From: Felis catus
Lineage: Eukaryota
Direction of reading: 5' to 3'
DNA length: 64,000 nt
Assembly: GCF_018350175.1 (NCBI RefSeq)
Contig: NC_058369.1
Span: 3,598,001 to 3,662,000, forward strand
This document shows positions 24,032 to 37,572 of the stretch, in pieces; position 1 is the first letter of the stretch, and each line of letters starts with the position of its first letter. Made by a program: the position numbers and the translations under genes. The notes beneath the pieces are model-generated. The model was not told where the DNA came from, ran no database searches, and worked only from the letters and a program-made list of their open reading frames with translations.

Positions 24032-24259
24032 TGGGGCGCTTGAGTGGCGCAGTGGGTTAAGCGTCTAACTCTTGATTTCCGCTCAGGTCTTGATCTCGCG
24101 GTTCATGAGTTTGAGCCCCATCCGCATCGGGCTTTGCACTGACAGCGCAGATCCTGCTTGGGCTTCTCTCTCTCCCTCTCTCTCTCTGCCCGTCTCTCCC
24201 CTGCTCACGCTTTCTTTCTCTCTCTCTCTCAAAATAAATAAACTTAAAAAAAAAAAAAA
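24032..24259 (+). mobile_element. CAN-SINE with TSD aaga(t/c)tttcacagc
   Basis: Full-length element with a flanking direct repeat. Confidence 0.88.
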
Positions 24260-25789
24260 GACTTTCACAGCCTTAAGGCACTTTGGAGTCCCTCCCTCCA
24301 TGAAAAAAATATTGCAAATGACCTTTTACAACTGCACTGGTGTTGCATTCATTCTTTTCTTCTGATTGTAAGATAAGTTGAAAAGAACCATTTCCACGGG
24401 CCCTTAAAAGTGTCATGGGTCCTGGGTCTCCTGGGTCTGACGAGTAAGTTGGCTCTGGTGCCCAAGGGTTAAAAATAGAGGCGATTGGGCCGCGTTGGAG
24501 CTACACAGGCACAGTGGAGCCCAGAGGAGGGCTGGACCCAGGCTGTGGGTGGTCCTGGGAGGCCTCCAGGAGGAAGTAACATCTAGGCCGAGTCCTGAGA
24601 GAGAGGAGGAATCAGCGTCAGGCAGGTGAAGGCACTGGAGAGGTATTCCAGGCACAGGGAACAGAGAGTGTGAAGGCGCAGAGTGAGAGGCTGGAGGGTA
24701 GAATGTGGTGGGGGCAGGGTGTCAGGGAAGAGAGACCAAGTCCAACAGTTCGGTCAGGGCCAGGCTGATAGGAGCCCTGAGGACATTAGGGAGCCACAGA
24801 AGGTTCTGAAGCATGGTCAGCAAGGGCGGGTGGGAGGGAGCATTGGAAAATGTTTTGGGCCGCCTTATGGATAAAGGAAATAAGGAAGGGGAAAACGAGC
24901 TCACCTGCTTGAGGGAAGTCTTACAGAAAAGGTGGAAGTCATAGAAAGGAGGAAAGGGCAATACAGGAGGACATTCCAGGCACCGTGATGAATTACTCAT
25001 TCAGGAAGTGTGTATGAAACACCTCTTGTGTGCTTTGCTGAACAGCGGTGAAACAGAAAACAGCCGTCCGGATGAGGTGTACTCCAGGCAACAGGAATAC
25101 CTGTGCAAAGGTCCTGGGGCAGCACTGGGCTGCTGTGTTGGAAGAAGGGCGAGGAGGCCCGCCCAAGTGGCCAGAGCAGAGCAATCCAGGGGGGGAGAGA
25201 GGGAGGGGACGAGGCAGGGAGGCTAGGGGAGGACCTGGGCCTACACCCCGGTGGGGTGGGGAGAGGCGGAGGTGGGAGCCCTGGAGGGCTGTGGGCGGAG
25301 AAGAGGGGCACCTGACTCAGGTGGGGGCATAGCTGGGGTCTTGAACAAGCAGGAAGCTTTTGGGCAACCACGGCACCTTCTGGGAGAGGGGGCTGGGAAC
25401 CAGGAGTAGGGGTTGCTTGGAGCCCTGCTGAGGAAGGGGCTTCATCAAGCAGAAGCTTTTGGCCTTTATCGTTGAAACGGGGGATTGAGAGGAGGGAGGC
25501 CCTGTTTAGGTCTCTGGGGAGGGGGGTGGAGTCTTCAAGAGGCAGAGAAAGGCAGGGGTGAGGGCAGGGCAGGTGGGAGCTGATGGCCCATGACCAGGCC
25601 TGCAGGGAGGGTGGGGGTAGGTGGGAGAGACCACGGCAGGGAGTGGACAGGCCATGGTTCAGAAGGTGAGGTTGACTCGCGCCTGTGGCGAGGGACCCAG
25701 GGGGGCGGAGGCCACCTAGGCCCTCCCCGGGGCTGGGACCAGCGGAGGAATGAGTTTGGGAGGGCGTTGGTGAGTTTAGTTTTGCCTCT

Positions 25790-25940
25790 TTGAGAGCCCG
25801 TGGGTTGCAGATTTATCGAGCACAATTACGCAATGAATAGTTTTTAGCATAAGTATGACCCCAATATCGTAAGGGACATACTCACGCTAAGAAATGTTAG
25901 TTTCGCTGCGCGTCCTGTATTTTTCCTGGGAGCCACACCC
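25790..25940. mobile_element. MER53-like palindromic MITE
   Basis: tttttagcataagtatgacccc...gggacatactcacgctaag...gcgtcctgtattttt. Confidence 0.6.
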
Positions 25941-28326
25941 CAGCCGCAGCAGACCTGCCTACGTCTTCCCCAGCGGCGCAGCTCCAGCCAGTGGCTGGAC
26001 AGTCTGACCAACTGTGGCCCGATGGCCAGAAGGCAAGGTTTTGTCTCCTTGTGCCGGCTCGCCGCGGGAAACCGGGGGTCTTTTAACATGCAGGCCCTGG
26101 CCTGTCCCCGCCCCCCCCCGCCCTCATGGCGCCAGCTGCCCGCTGTCCCCTGCACGGAGGTACGGGCTTGGGGGGAGGGGAGCAGCTCTGAGACCCACTG
26201 TCCCCTGGGCCGGCCCCTCCCGGGCCGGTCAGGTCCCACTGGGCACCGCCAGCCCCAGAATGCCAGGCCAGGGGTCCCGGCAGAGGGAAGGGCTCCGTGT
26301 GGCCTCTTTCCACCCAGCTCTGGTGGCCCGTCCAGCTCAGAGCCAGACATCTGAGGCCCCCTGGCCTTTCTGTGAAGTCCTGCAGGCAGAGCGGACTGAC
26401 TTCCTCGTCAGAACGTCCCGGAAGGACAGAGGCCTAGGGGCGGTTGACCAGGAACTAGATCCCCAGGGCCACAGCCGCCCCCTGCTGCCCCTACACTGAG
26501 TGGCCTTGTCTGGGGTGGCCAGGCCCAGCAGCTCAGGGCCTGGCCCGCCAAGCGTCGGCTGCCAGGATGTGCCAGTCACGTTGGTGGGGAAAGAACACCC
26601 TGTTCTTGGCTCTCCCGGCTGCCCCTTTGTTCACAGGCAGAGGTGGGGGGCCGTTGTCCTGGCAACCGGCCCCTTCCCCCTCGAACAGTCCCTTGAGGTG
26701 AGGAGTGGAGGCACCTGGGATCTGGGGGTTCCGGCCAGAGAGGGTCTCCTGTCACCCAGGACGGCAAAAGAACACCCCCCCCCAGCCCCCCTGCCCGCTC
26801 AGGGCTCACATGTCCTGGACACGGGGGAGGCCAGGTCACCCCCTTGGGATCGGAATGCCGGAGGTGGCAGCAGCAGGGGGGAGGACATTCCCAGCGGGGC
26901 AGGCTCCATGGTGGCAGCTGCCGGGCCCCGCCTGTCCTATGTCCCCTGAGTTGGAGGCTGCAGCTGGTGCAGTGGCTTGGGTTCCTGGGGGGTGGGGGGG
27001 GGTTATTTTGGGGGTGGGGGCGAAGGAACGTGAGAAGCACCTCCCCCCGGGGCAGGAAGTGGGGCGGTCCCAACTGTGTTCTCCCGTTGGCCCACCTGTC
27101 CCAGTGGGTACCACAGGCCACCGCACAGGAAGTGTTCCCAACGCCCGCCTGTGTGGTCTCCTGAATCTGGGGCCCAGAGGGGAGGCAGCCGACGGCGGCC
27201 GGCGGGGAGGGGGCAGGAGCCCCGCCGCCATTGTGCGTCAGAATCTTCCAGAAGCCCCCAGCTGCGGTGACAACAGTATCTGGGGGGGGTGAGTGCTTAC
27301 TTCGGCCGACGCGTTTATAGACGTAGGCTGTTTAATCCTGCACCTTTGGGAAGGAGGGACGAATGATAAACTCGAGTTTTACAGGTGGGGATACTGCGGC
27401 TCAGAGACGGAAGTGACTCAGCCAAGGTCACACAGCATATAAATAGCAGAGCTGGGAACCTCATTAGCATTGACGGTATCAGATACACGAACTCCACATA
27501 GACTTCGACCCTATAACGCGGACAGGGGCTTTGCCACCTGGGGCAATGCTGCCTTCAGAACTCTCAGGGATTCTGCCTCCACTTGGGGTGTCTGGAGACA
27601 TTTGGAGTTGTTCCTACTCGGGGTGCTCCCGGCGTGGAGGGGGTGGGGCCAGGGATGCTGCCCAGCCCCCACAGTCCCCAGGGAAGCCCCCACAGAGAGT
27701 GATCCAGCCCCACGTGTCAAGTTGTGCCACGGTGAGTGGTAACAATTCACATTTAAAAGCCGTCATGGCGATCATCAGTAGTCACATTATTTTAAGTGTA
27801 ATAATTCCTTACAGATCGTACAGATGAGAAAGCCCACGTCCGGAGAGCCTGTGGTTCAGACTCCCAGACTCCCGCCATTCCTGGCTGCTTCCATGATGCC
27901 CTGTAAGCTTTACAGGAAAGGGCGCCGGTGCCCAGGGGAGATGTAAATGAGGACTCACACCCGCAGCCCCCAGGACGGGCTCAGACCACCCTGGGTCCCC
28001 ATCTCGGCTTGGCCACTCACTGATGCTGAGGGCCCCTGGCCGGCCGGTGACCTGCCTCAGCTCTGCATCTCTGAGATGCGTCCCTTCCTCCTTAGCCGAC
28101 GTGCTGCTGAGCGGTGGTTAGGGGATCTCATCCTGGTTTTGTGAGCCTGGGCGCCCCCCTGCCCTTCTCTGAGCCTCTGCTGCCTGGTCTGTGAAACGGG
28201 GGCAGTGATGACCCTTGACGGCTGTTGTCCTGATTCACAGATGATGGAGAGGATTAAGCAAGGCAGTCCACAGCTCGGCTTGGTGACTGGGGCACAGTGA
28301 GGACCATGGAAAGCTTGGGTACTATA

Positions 28327-31300
28327 GGGGCGCCTGGGGGGCTCAGTCGGTTGGGCGTCCAACTTCGGCTCAGGTTGTGATCTCACAGTTCATGGGTTCG
28401 AGCCCCGCGTTGGGCTCTGTGCTGACAGCTCGGAGCTTGGAGCCTGTTTCGGATTCTGTGTCTCCCTCGCTCTCTGCCCCTCCCCTGCTCATTCTCTGTC
28501 TCTCTCTGTCTCAAAAATAAACCCTAAAAAAAAAAAAAAGGCTTGAGTATTATTATTTAAAATTTTTAATGTTTATTTTATTTTTTGAGAGAGAGAGACA
28601 AAGTGTGAGCGGGGGCAAGGCAGAGAGAGAGGGAGACACAGAATCCGAAGCAGGCTCCAGGCTCTGAGCTGTTAGCACAGAGCCCGATGCGGGGCTTGAA
28701 CCCATGGAGCGTGAGATCGTGACCCAAGCTGAAGTCAGACGTTTAACCGACTGAGCCACCCAGGTGTCCCATTATTTTTAAGCAGGCTTCATGCCCCGTG
28801 CAAAACCCAGCACGGGGATCGAACTCACAAGCCCGAGATCAAGACCTGAGCTGAGATCAAAAGTTGGACCCTCAACTGACTGAGCCACCCAGGCGCCCCA
28901 GGACTTGTTCTTTTCGATTGACCTACTTCACTTAGCATAACGTTCTCCGTGTTTATTGATGGTGCATCATGTATGGGGATTTCCTTTCTCTTTAAGGCTG
29001 AGTAATATTCCATTGTATGAATGGACCACACCTGTTTATCAGTTCATCCATCGGTGGACCCTCCAGCTGCTGTGCCAGGGTGTGATCATGGAAAGAGGAA
29101 GAGTCTAGAAGGATATTAAAGGTGGACCCAATGGGATTGGTCAAGCGATTGGTTGAGGAATGTGGTTTTAAAATTTTTTTTTAACGTTTTTATTTATTTT
29201 TGAGAGAGAGAGAGAGAGAGTGCGAGTGGGGGAGAGGCAGAGAGAGAGAGGGAGACACAGAATCCGAAGCAGGCTCCAGGCTCTGAGCTGTCAGCACAGA
29301 GCCCAACGTGGGGCTCGAACTCACGAACTGTGAGATCATGACCTGAGCCGAAGTCAGACACTTAACCGGCTGAGCCACCCAGGCGCCCCAGAGGAATGCG
29401 GTTTTTAAAAATACGCCCAGGGGCGCCTGGGTGGTTCAGTTGGTTGGGCGACTGACTTTGGCTCAGGTCATGATCTCTCAGTTTGTGAGTTCGAGCCCCG
29501 CGTCGGGCTCTGTGCTGACAGCTCAGAGCCTGGAGCCTACTTTGGATTCTGTGTCTCCCCCCTCTCTCTACCCCTCCCCTGCTCATGCTCTGTGTCTCTC
29601 TCTCAATAATAAATAAACATTAAAAAAAAATAAAAAAAATAAAATAGAAATACACCCAAAGGGATGCTTGGCTGGCTCAGGCTGTAGAGCATGTGACTCT
29701 CCCTCTCCAGGTCATGAGTTCAGGTCCCATGTGGGGTGTAGAGTTTAAAGTAAAAAAAAAAAAAAAAAAAAAAAAGCAAACAAAAAAACATCCACAAATG
29801 TTTTCTTTTTTTAAGTTTATTTATTTATTTATTTATTTTGAAAGAGTGGGAGAGAGAATCCCAAGCAGGCTCCGCACTGTCAGCATGGAGCCCGACTTGG
29901 GATTCAGACTCACAAACCGTGAGATCATGACCTGAGCTGAAATAGAGTCAGGCACTTAGCCAACTGAGCCACCCAAGCGCCCCTCCATAATGTTTTGACA
30001 CTCCTTTATTTAAAAAAAAAATTTTTTTTATGTTTATTTTTGAGAGAGAGAGAGACATGAGCAGTGAGGGGTCAGAGAGAGAGGGAGACACAGAATCGGA
30101 AGCAGGCTCCAGGCTCGGAGCTGTCAGCACAGAGCCCGACGCGGGGCTCGAACTCACGGACCACGAGATCATGACCTGAGCCGAAATCGGATGCTTAACC
30201 GACTGAGCCCCCCAGGCACCCCGACACTCCTTTACAAAAGTGGAGCCTAATTCTCTTCCCTGTGAGTGTGGGCTGGACCGAGTGAGTTGTTTCTTACAAA
30301 CAAAATATGGCAGAAGCGATTGTGTCCAACACTCTGAGACTCGGTCACAAAAGTCACCGTGGCCTCCCTGCTCTCTCTCAGATCACTCGCTCTGGAGGAA
30401 GCCAGCTGAGAACACCCAAGGAGCCCAGGTGGCGAGGAACTAAAGCCTCCAGCCAAGAGCCATGTGGGCGGGGCTTCTCCGGTCATCACAATTCCGTTTT
30501 GAGAGGCTCTCTCTCTGCCTGCCGTGTGGACAATGGACGAAACGGCAGAGGTGAACGTACGCCCCCTTGGGAAGCAGCCACTGCAGTCATCCACGTAAGC
30601 ACTGATGGTGGCCTGGATTCGGGTGGTGGCAGGGGAGATGGAGAGGAGTGGGCAGGTTAACAGATTTGTGAAGAAGTAAAACAAACAGAATTTGGGGGAA
30701 GAAGCGACTCCGGTAACTTCATCGACGTGGGAGCTGAGGACTGAACCGGCGGTGCAGGGTGGGGAGAAGGTGACGTGACAGGTTTGGCTGTGGCCACATT
30801 GAGCCCATGCCCCCCAAATGTCCAAAGGCCTCCATAAATATAGCCACTTGTATGTTAAGAGTAGACTAGGGGCGCCTGGGCGGCTCGGTCGGTGGAGCGG
30901 CCGACCTCGGCTCAGGTCACGATCTCACGGGTTTGTGAGTTTGAACCCTGCATCAGGCTCTGTGCCGACACAGCGCGGAGCCTGCCTCTGATTGTCTGTC
31001 CCCACCCCCCCTGCACCTCCCCTGCTTGTGCTCTCTCTCACTCTCAAAAACTGAACATTACAAAAATAATCAGAGTAGCAGACGCGGAGAAATCCTCGGG
31101 TACACCAATGGCTGGAATAAGCAAATTTCAACTTGTTATGTACTTATTGTTATTTGTTGTTTATTCAATAAAGTTTTATTCCTTGCGTTTGCACCAATCA
31201 AGCGCGAATCAAGTGTCCTGGGGCAGCTCCCCTCCAAACACTCCTCTGCAAGCAGCTGGCAAAAGGGGAGAGAGAGAGAACAAGGTTCTTATGGCAAGTT

Positions 31301-31742
31301 TGTAGCGTGGATCTGGCCCTGAAGTGACTTCCGTCGCTTAACCAGATCAGTCACAGGGCCATTGGCCATGATCATCTTACCTCCCATTGGCCAGGCCAAT
31401 CACGTGGCCACACCTAACTGCAAGGGGTACTGGGAAATGTAGTCCAGCCATGTGCCCAGGAGGAAGTAGGCAACCCTGATGGAACATGAGCCAGTCCTTG
31501 CCAGGGTCTTATTATTGTCCCCATCATTTATTTTTTTTTCAACGTTTATTTATTTTTGGGACAGAGAGAGACAGAGCATGAACGGGCGAGGGGCAGAGAG
31601 AGAGGGAGACACAGATTCGGAAACAGGCTCCAGGCTCCGAGCCATCAGCCCAGAGCCTGAGGCGGGGCTCGAACTCACGGACCGCGAGATCGTGACCTGG
31701 CTGAAGTCGGACGCTTAACCGACTGTGCCACCCAGGCGCCCC
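28327..31742. mobile_element. Dense intergenic cluster of about ten CAN-SINEs in both orientations, with an L1 fragment (28905-29060) and a MaLR/MLT1 LTR fragment (about 30235-30500)
   Basis: Repeated SINE consensus; TSDs include gacactccttta (30020-30222 copy) and tccccatcattt (31530-31742 copy). Confidence 0.85.
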
Positions 31743-32074
31743 ATCCCCATCATTTCTGTTATTATTTGCACTTATCGTCTGCAGAAATGACGCTTGACGG
31801 TCACCCGTATTTCAGGACCTGAGGAGGGTGAGAGGTGCTGCCTGGTATGTCTGGAAGGCTTCCTGAAAGAGGAGGCATGGATCATGTGGCTTTGAAGAAG
31901 ACAGAAGCCAGAGATCTGAGAAGGGGGAGAAGAATAAGAATCTGGCGTAATATCAGGGAAGTCGTTCCTTCGTTCCTGGCCGCGCGGAGCCTGGTGGGCC
32001 AGGGTGAGTGCCAAGGGGACCCAATGGACCGAAGTGCCTGACTTGTGTTCAGATCTCCTGGTTGCTTGAGGAAG

Positions 32075-32250
32075 CAGATTGCCAGATAAGATACAGGACA
32101 CCCAGTTAAACCGGAATATCAGATAGACAACGCATGATTTTTTTTAAGCCTAAGTATATCCCAAATAAGGCAATGGGACGTACTTATGCTAAAATATTAC
32201 TGTCCTTCTGGAATTCAAATTTAACGAGGCATCCTGGAGTTTTATTTGCA
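32075..32250. mobile_element. MER53-like palindromic MITE
   Basis: ttgccagataagatacaggacacccagttaaa...aagtatatccca...tgggacgtacttatgctaaaa...aattcaaatttaac. Confidence 0.75.
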
Positions 32251-33009
32251 GGGAGGACAGAATGTGGGGGAGGTCAGGTGCTGGTGACTGATGGTCATGG
32301 ATGTGACATGGGCCCGATGTGTAGGCCATATGCCCGGAGGACTTTGACGTCTGCCCTGAGAGGGGTAGCCCTAGGAGGCTGTGAGTGTAGGAGGGACAGG
32401 CCCTGACTTGGGTAAGGGGCCCTCAGACCCAACCCCGGGACTTGGCAGCCACCTGCCCCCATGGATTTCCCCAGCCTAGGGCCTTTCCCCTTCAGCAGGG
32501 CTGACATTTGGGGCCAGATCATTCTTTTTTTTTTTTTTTTTTTTTAAGTTTTTATTTAAATTTCACTTAGTTAGCATACAGTGTGATATGAGTTTCAGGT
32601 GCACAGGATAGTGATTCCACACTCGTGTACATCACCCAGTGCTCATCACGACAAACGCACTCCTTCGTCCCCATCACCTATCTCACCCATCCCCCCACCC
32701 CTTGTCTGTAGTTAAGAGTCTGTTGGGGCCAGATTTTCTTGATTGTGGGGGCAACCCCCTTCACTAGGGATGTTGAGCCGCATTCCTGACACCACCCCCC
32801 CCCCCCCACTCAACGCCGCAGGGAGCACTCGTAGTCATGACAACCACAAATGCCCCCAGACCTCGCCCAGTGTCCCCTGGGGGCAGAGCCACGCTGGGTG
32901 AGACTCACTGGGTTAGGGGATTCCATTGACCTCCAGGAGACTCTGCATCCCATAATCATCTGACCTGCTGAGGTCCTGGGATACCGCACACATTTATACA
33001 CACGCATCA

Positions 33010-33240
33010 AGGGGCACCTGGGTGGCTCAAGGGACACCTGGGTGGCTCAGTCGGTTAAAGTGTCCAACGCTTGGTTTCAGCTCAGGTCATGATCTCATGG
33101 TTCGTGGGTTCGAGCCCCGCATTGGGCTCTGTGCTGACGGTGAGGAGCGTGCTTGGGACTCTGTCTCCCTCTCTCTCTGCTCCTCCCCTGCTCTCTCTCT
33201 CTCTTTCTCTGTCAATAAATAAATAAATTAATAAGTAAAC
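33010..33240 (+). mobile_element. CAN-SINE with duplicated 5' head
   Basis: ggggcacctgggtggctca occurs twice before the body. Confidence 0.85.
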
Positions 33241-33849
33241 ATTTAAATACACACAACAAGCGGGAGGGAGAGAGGAGGTAACTCACAGACACTGGAGGGG
33301 TCACCCTGATTTGCACCGCCTGACCCATCGGGGATTTATTCTCGTGTCCAGTGTGAGCTACGGATGAAACTCAATTTTACAGCCAAATGATGAACGCAAG
33401 GTTTCTCCCCCTTGGCACTGTGGACCGTTGGGGCTGGGTCATCCTCTGGGGTGCGGCCATCCTGGGCATTGCAGGACAATGAGCCGCATCTCTGGCCCCC
33501 ATTCCCCCCCGCCATGCTCGGAGTAGCCCCTGTTCCCCTCCGTGGGGACAGCCCTTACGACTGCTGGTTGCCCAGAGGGCTGAACCACCCCAGCCGCGGA
33601 CCCCAGGTCGAGGCACTCTAAGAGCCCAGCAAGGAAATGGGTCTGGAGCGCCAACCGGGGCGGGGACGACTGCCCTCAAGTCTTGTCCCTTCCCCTGGTC
33701 TTCTCCTGGCCATCGGGAGAAAGCGATACCTAAGTGGCTGCGGTGTGAGAAGGAGGTTCAGGCATGCCCCCCCCCCCCATCCACCGTGACTCTTCTGAAG
33801 CCTGTCTTATGAGACAAAGAAAGGGCTGCTCATACCGTCCAATAAAACC

Positions 33850-33855
33850 TTTAAT
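33850..33855 (-). terminator. ARRDC5: Probable ARRDC5 polyA signal ATTAAA
   Basis: tttaat on the + strand, 18 nt after the TAA stop. Confidence 0.55.
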
Positions 33856-33873
33856 ATTTAGAAGTTTGGGCGC

Positions 33874-34401
33874 TTAATTCTGGCACTCCTGGCTCACGGG
33901 TAACGCTGCCCCCTCCAGCGGCTGGCAGCCGGCGGTATCCACGGGCGCACCGGTGACGACGATGGGAACCTTGGCCTTCACACAGGTCAGGGACCACGGC
34001 AGATGGACCGTGCTGACCAGCTCATAGCGGGTGCTCATGATCTCGCCGTCCCGGGTGCTGCTGCTCACGGACAGCACCTGCGGGAGGTTGAGGGTGCTGA
34101 CGATCTTGGCGGTGTCGAAGGGCGCGATCTGGGTGTTGGCCTCCTGCCGGAGCAGCTCGCTGCTGTCCTCCCGCGACCGCCGCTCCGCCTTGGGGGTGAA
34201 GCCCTCGTACCGCACGTGGGCGTAGAGGGCGAAGACGACCGTCTTGATGCGCTTGCCAGTGTGGTTGCCGATCTCCGCGGTGAAGACAATCCCCTCCCCC
34301 GGCGCGAAGGTGTTCTTTTCCATCTGGATCTGGAGGCGGATGGTACCCTGGATGCAGCAATTGTACGAGACTTTCTTCTCAGCCTCCACGAACAGAGGGT
34401 T
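33874..34401 (-). CDS. ARRDC5: Arrestin domain-containing protein 5, exon 3
   Basis: [36 protein letters not shown]...[26 protein letters not shown]...ECQN*; ttccag|AAC; 528 nt. Confidence 0.95.
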   Translation of the reverse strand, partial: NPLFVEAEKKVSYNCCIQGTIRLQIQMEKNTFAPGEGIVFTAEIGNHTGKRIKTVVFALYAHVRYEGFTPKAERRSREDSSELLRQEANTQIAPFDTAKIVSTLNLPQVLSVSSSTRDGEIMSTRYELVSTVHLPWSLTCVKAKVPIVVTGAPVDTAGCQPLEGAALPVSQECQN

Positions 34402-34769
34402 CTGGAATTGGGGAGGACGGGCAACCGTGAGGGGTCACGGCCACGGGATCCGCTCGCCTGCCTAACGTTCCTCCACCATAGCTCCCGCAAGCCTGGAACC
34501 GCTGGGACTCTCCTAAGTAGGAGGCCCCGAGGTAGGATCTGGACCCTTGGGGATTTAGCAGCCAAAAGCCTGGCATCGCCTCCCAGCTTCCTTTACTCAA
34601 TTCCCTTTGCCTTTCTGACTATCAGTTTCCTCCTCTGCAAAAGAAGCCTTTGAAATTAACAAGACCCTGGTTTACCCCCACCTCCATTGCTTACTTGCTG
34701 TGTGACCCTGAGTAAGTGGCTTGACTTCTCTGGACCTTGGATTCTTTCTTTCTTTCTTCCTTCCTTCTC

Positions 34770-35560
34770 TCTTTTTTAATGTTTATTTATTTTTGAGAGG
34801 GAGAGAAGACAGAGCGTGAGCAGGGGAGGAGCAGAGAGAGAGGGAGACACAGAATCGGAAGCAGGCTCCAGGTTCCGAGCTGTCAGCACAGAGCCTGACG
34901 CGGGGCTCGAACCCATGAACTGTGAGAGCATGACCTGAGCTGAAGCCGGACACTTAACCGACTGAGCCACCCAGGAGCCCCACTTTGTTTCTTCTTTTAA
35001 TGTTTATTTTTGAGAGAGAGAGAGAGAGAGAGAGCATGCCCATGTGAGCAGGGGAGGGGCACACAGAGAGGGGGACAGAGGATCCCAAGCAGTCTCCGTG
35101 CTGACTGCAGAGAGCTCGATGTGGGGCTCGAAGTCACAAACCGTGAGATCATCACCTGAGCTGAGGCAGGTGCTCAACCACCTGAGCCAACCAGTCGCCC
35201 CTGGTCATTGGATTTCTAGAAGACAGGAGATGTCTTGCCAGAGACCTAGGGTTTATCCAAGTAGTTCAGACTTTAGGAGAAAATATTCCGGGCTCTGAAT
35301 TACGAAAAGAAAACTGTAGAGTTGAAATTATGTAACGTGTTTCAATAAATGCCTCAAAAGGCAGCCATTCTATCAACTTAGCTGCTGGGTTGCAGATAAA
35401 GTCACACATTATATTTACTGAGTGGCTTGGGTGACGTTTTCCTTTTTATTTGTGAACAATATTCTAAAGGATTCAACGTGATGTGGGGTGGGCTTAGAAT
35501 AATCGCTCTCCACTTTTGCTGGCTTCCGGTATCTTCTTGCAAAGGAACTTGATACTTTTA

Positions 35561-35610
<50 letters not shown>

Positions 35611-36003
35611 CCCCTTCGGCATACCAAACAGAGAGAGAGAAAAAAAATCGTGCAAAAAATACTTGCAAACGTCCCTCCCACTCCCCATTAGTGACATCGA
35701 GTTGGTCGCTTGAAGCTGGCTCTGATGGAAGTATTTTCACCAGGGAAGTTGGTAAGCATTACACATCAGGGCTGCCCTCCTGGTCGCCCCGCTGCCGCGT
35801 TCCCACAACCTGCTTCATCAGCGTTTACAAATTCTCCTGATTTGTTCCAGATTGCTGCTCATTTAAGGAATAAAATATCAGGGGGCGCTTGGGTGGCTCA
35901 GTCGGTTGAGCACCTGACCCTTGATTTCGGCTCAGGTCACGATTTCACGGTTTGTGGGTTCGTGCCCCGTGTTGGGCTCCGTGCTGAGTGTGGGGCCTGC
36001 TTG

Positions 36004-36041
<38 letters not shown>

Positions 36042-37533
36042 GCTTGAGTACACACTCTTTCTCTCTCAAAATAAATTAACAAACTTAAAAAAAAAATTTT
36101 TTTTAACGTTCATTTATGTTTGAGACAGGGAGAGACAGAGCATGAGCGGGGGAGGGTCAGAGAGAGGGAGACACAGAATCCAAAGCAGGCTCCAGGCTCC
36201 GAGCTGTCAGCACAGAGCCCGACGCGGGGCTCGAACTCACGGACTGCGAGATCATGACCTGAGCCGAAGTCAGCCGCTTAACCGACTGAGCCCCCCAAGC
36301 GCCCCTAAATTAACAAACTTAAATAATAAAAAATTTAAAAATATATCAGTGTCGCACAACTATGTGAATGTATTTGATACCAATGGTTAAGTGGTAAATT
36401 TTATGTATATTTTACCACAATTTAAAACAAAAAAAATAGGGGTGCCCGGGTGGCTCCGTCGGTTAAGTGTCCGACTTTTGATTTTCGCTCGGGTCCTGAT
36501 CTCATGGTTCCTGAGTTCGGGCCCCGCATCGGGCTCCACACTGACAGTGTCTCTCTCAAGGTAAACAAATAAACTCCAATAAATAAAATAACAAATAAAA
36601 CCAAGCTCTAGTTAAGGCCCCCATGGGCCCCTCTCCAATGCCATCCTCCCACCCCTGGCCCTCTTCATCCTGAAATGGGGGGGTTTATCATATCAGCGGA
36701 TATTTACTTATTTATTTATCTTAATTTTTTTTTATTTAAAAAAATTTTTTTAATGTTTATTTTTTATTTTTGAGACAGAGAGAGACAGAGCATGAACGGG
36801 GGAGGGGCAGAGAGAGAGAGGGAGACACAGAATCTGAAGCAGGCTCCAGGCTCTGAGCTGTCAGCACAGAGCCCAATGCAGGGCTCGAACCCACGAACCG
36901 TGAGATCATGACCTGAGCCGAAGTCGGACGCCCAACCGACCGAGCCACCCAGGGGCCCCTATCTTAATTTTTTAAAACATTTATTCATTTTTGAGAGAGA
37001 GAGAGAGACAGTGTGAATGGGGGAAGGGCAGAGAGAGAACGCGCTGAAGTCGGGCGCTTAACCGACCAAGCTACCCAGGCGCCCCATATCTGCAGATTAA
37101 AAAAAACTCAGACACAGAACACCCCACAAAGCAAATATGCAACTGTGAATTAATATCAAGTCAACTCGCTTGTAACCTCCCTCCAAGAAGAAGAAGGAAT
37201 TTGCTAGTTTTCCCCCAAAGTCCCTCACACTTGCCCAGGCGGCAACCCCACCTGCAAAGGGCAATATCTTGAATTTCACGGTGGTCAGTTTGTTGTACCT
37301 ACACGTTTGTTCTCCTACGACATACACGGAGGGACCTACGCCACATTATTGTCTCAGAAAAAAGTGTGTAAAGAATCACATAGCGGGGCGCCTGGGCAGT
37401 TCAACTGGTTAAGTGTCCAGCTCTTGGTTTCAGCCCAGGTCATGATTTCACGGCTCATGAGTTCAAGGCCCGCACTGGGCTCTGCGCTGAGAGCACACAG
37501 CCTGCTTGGGATTCTCTCCCTCCCTCTCCCCTG

Positions 37534-37572
<39 letters not shown>

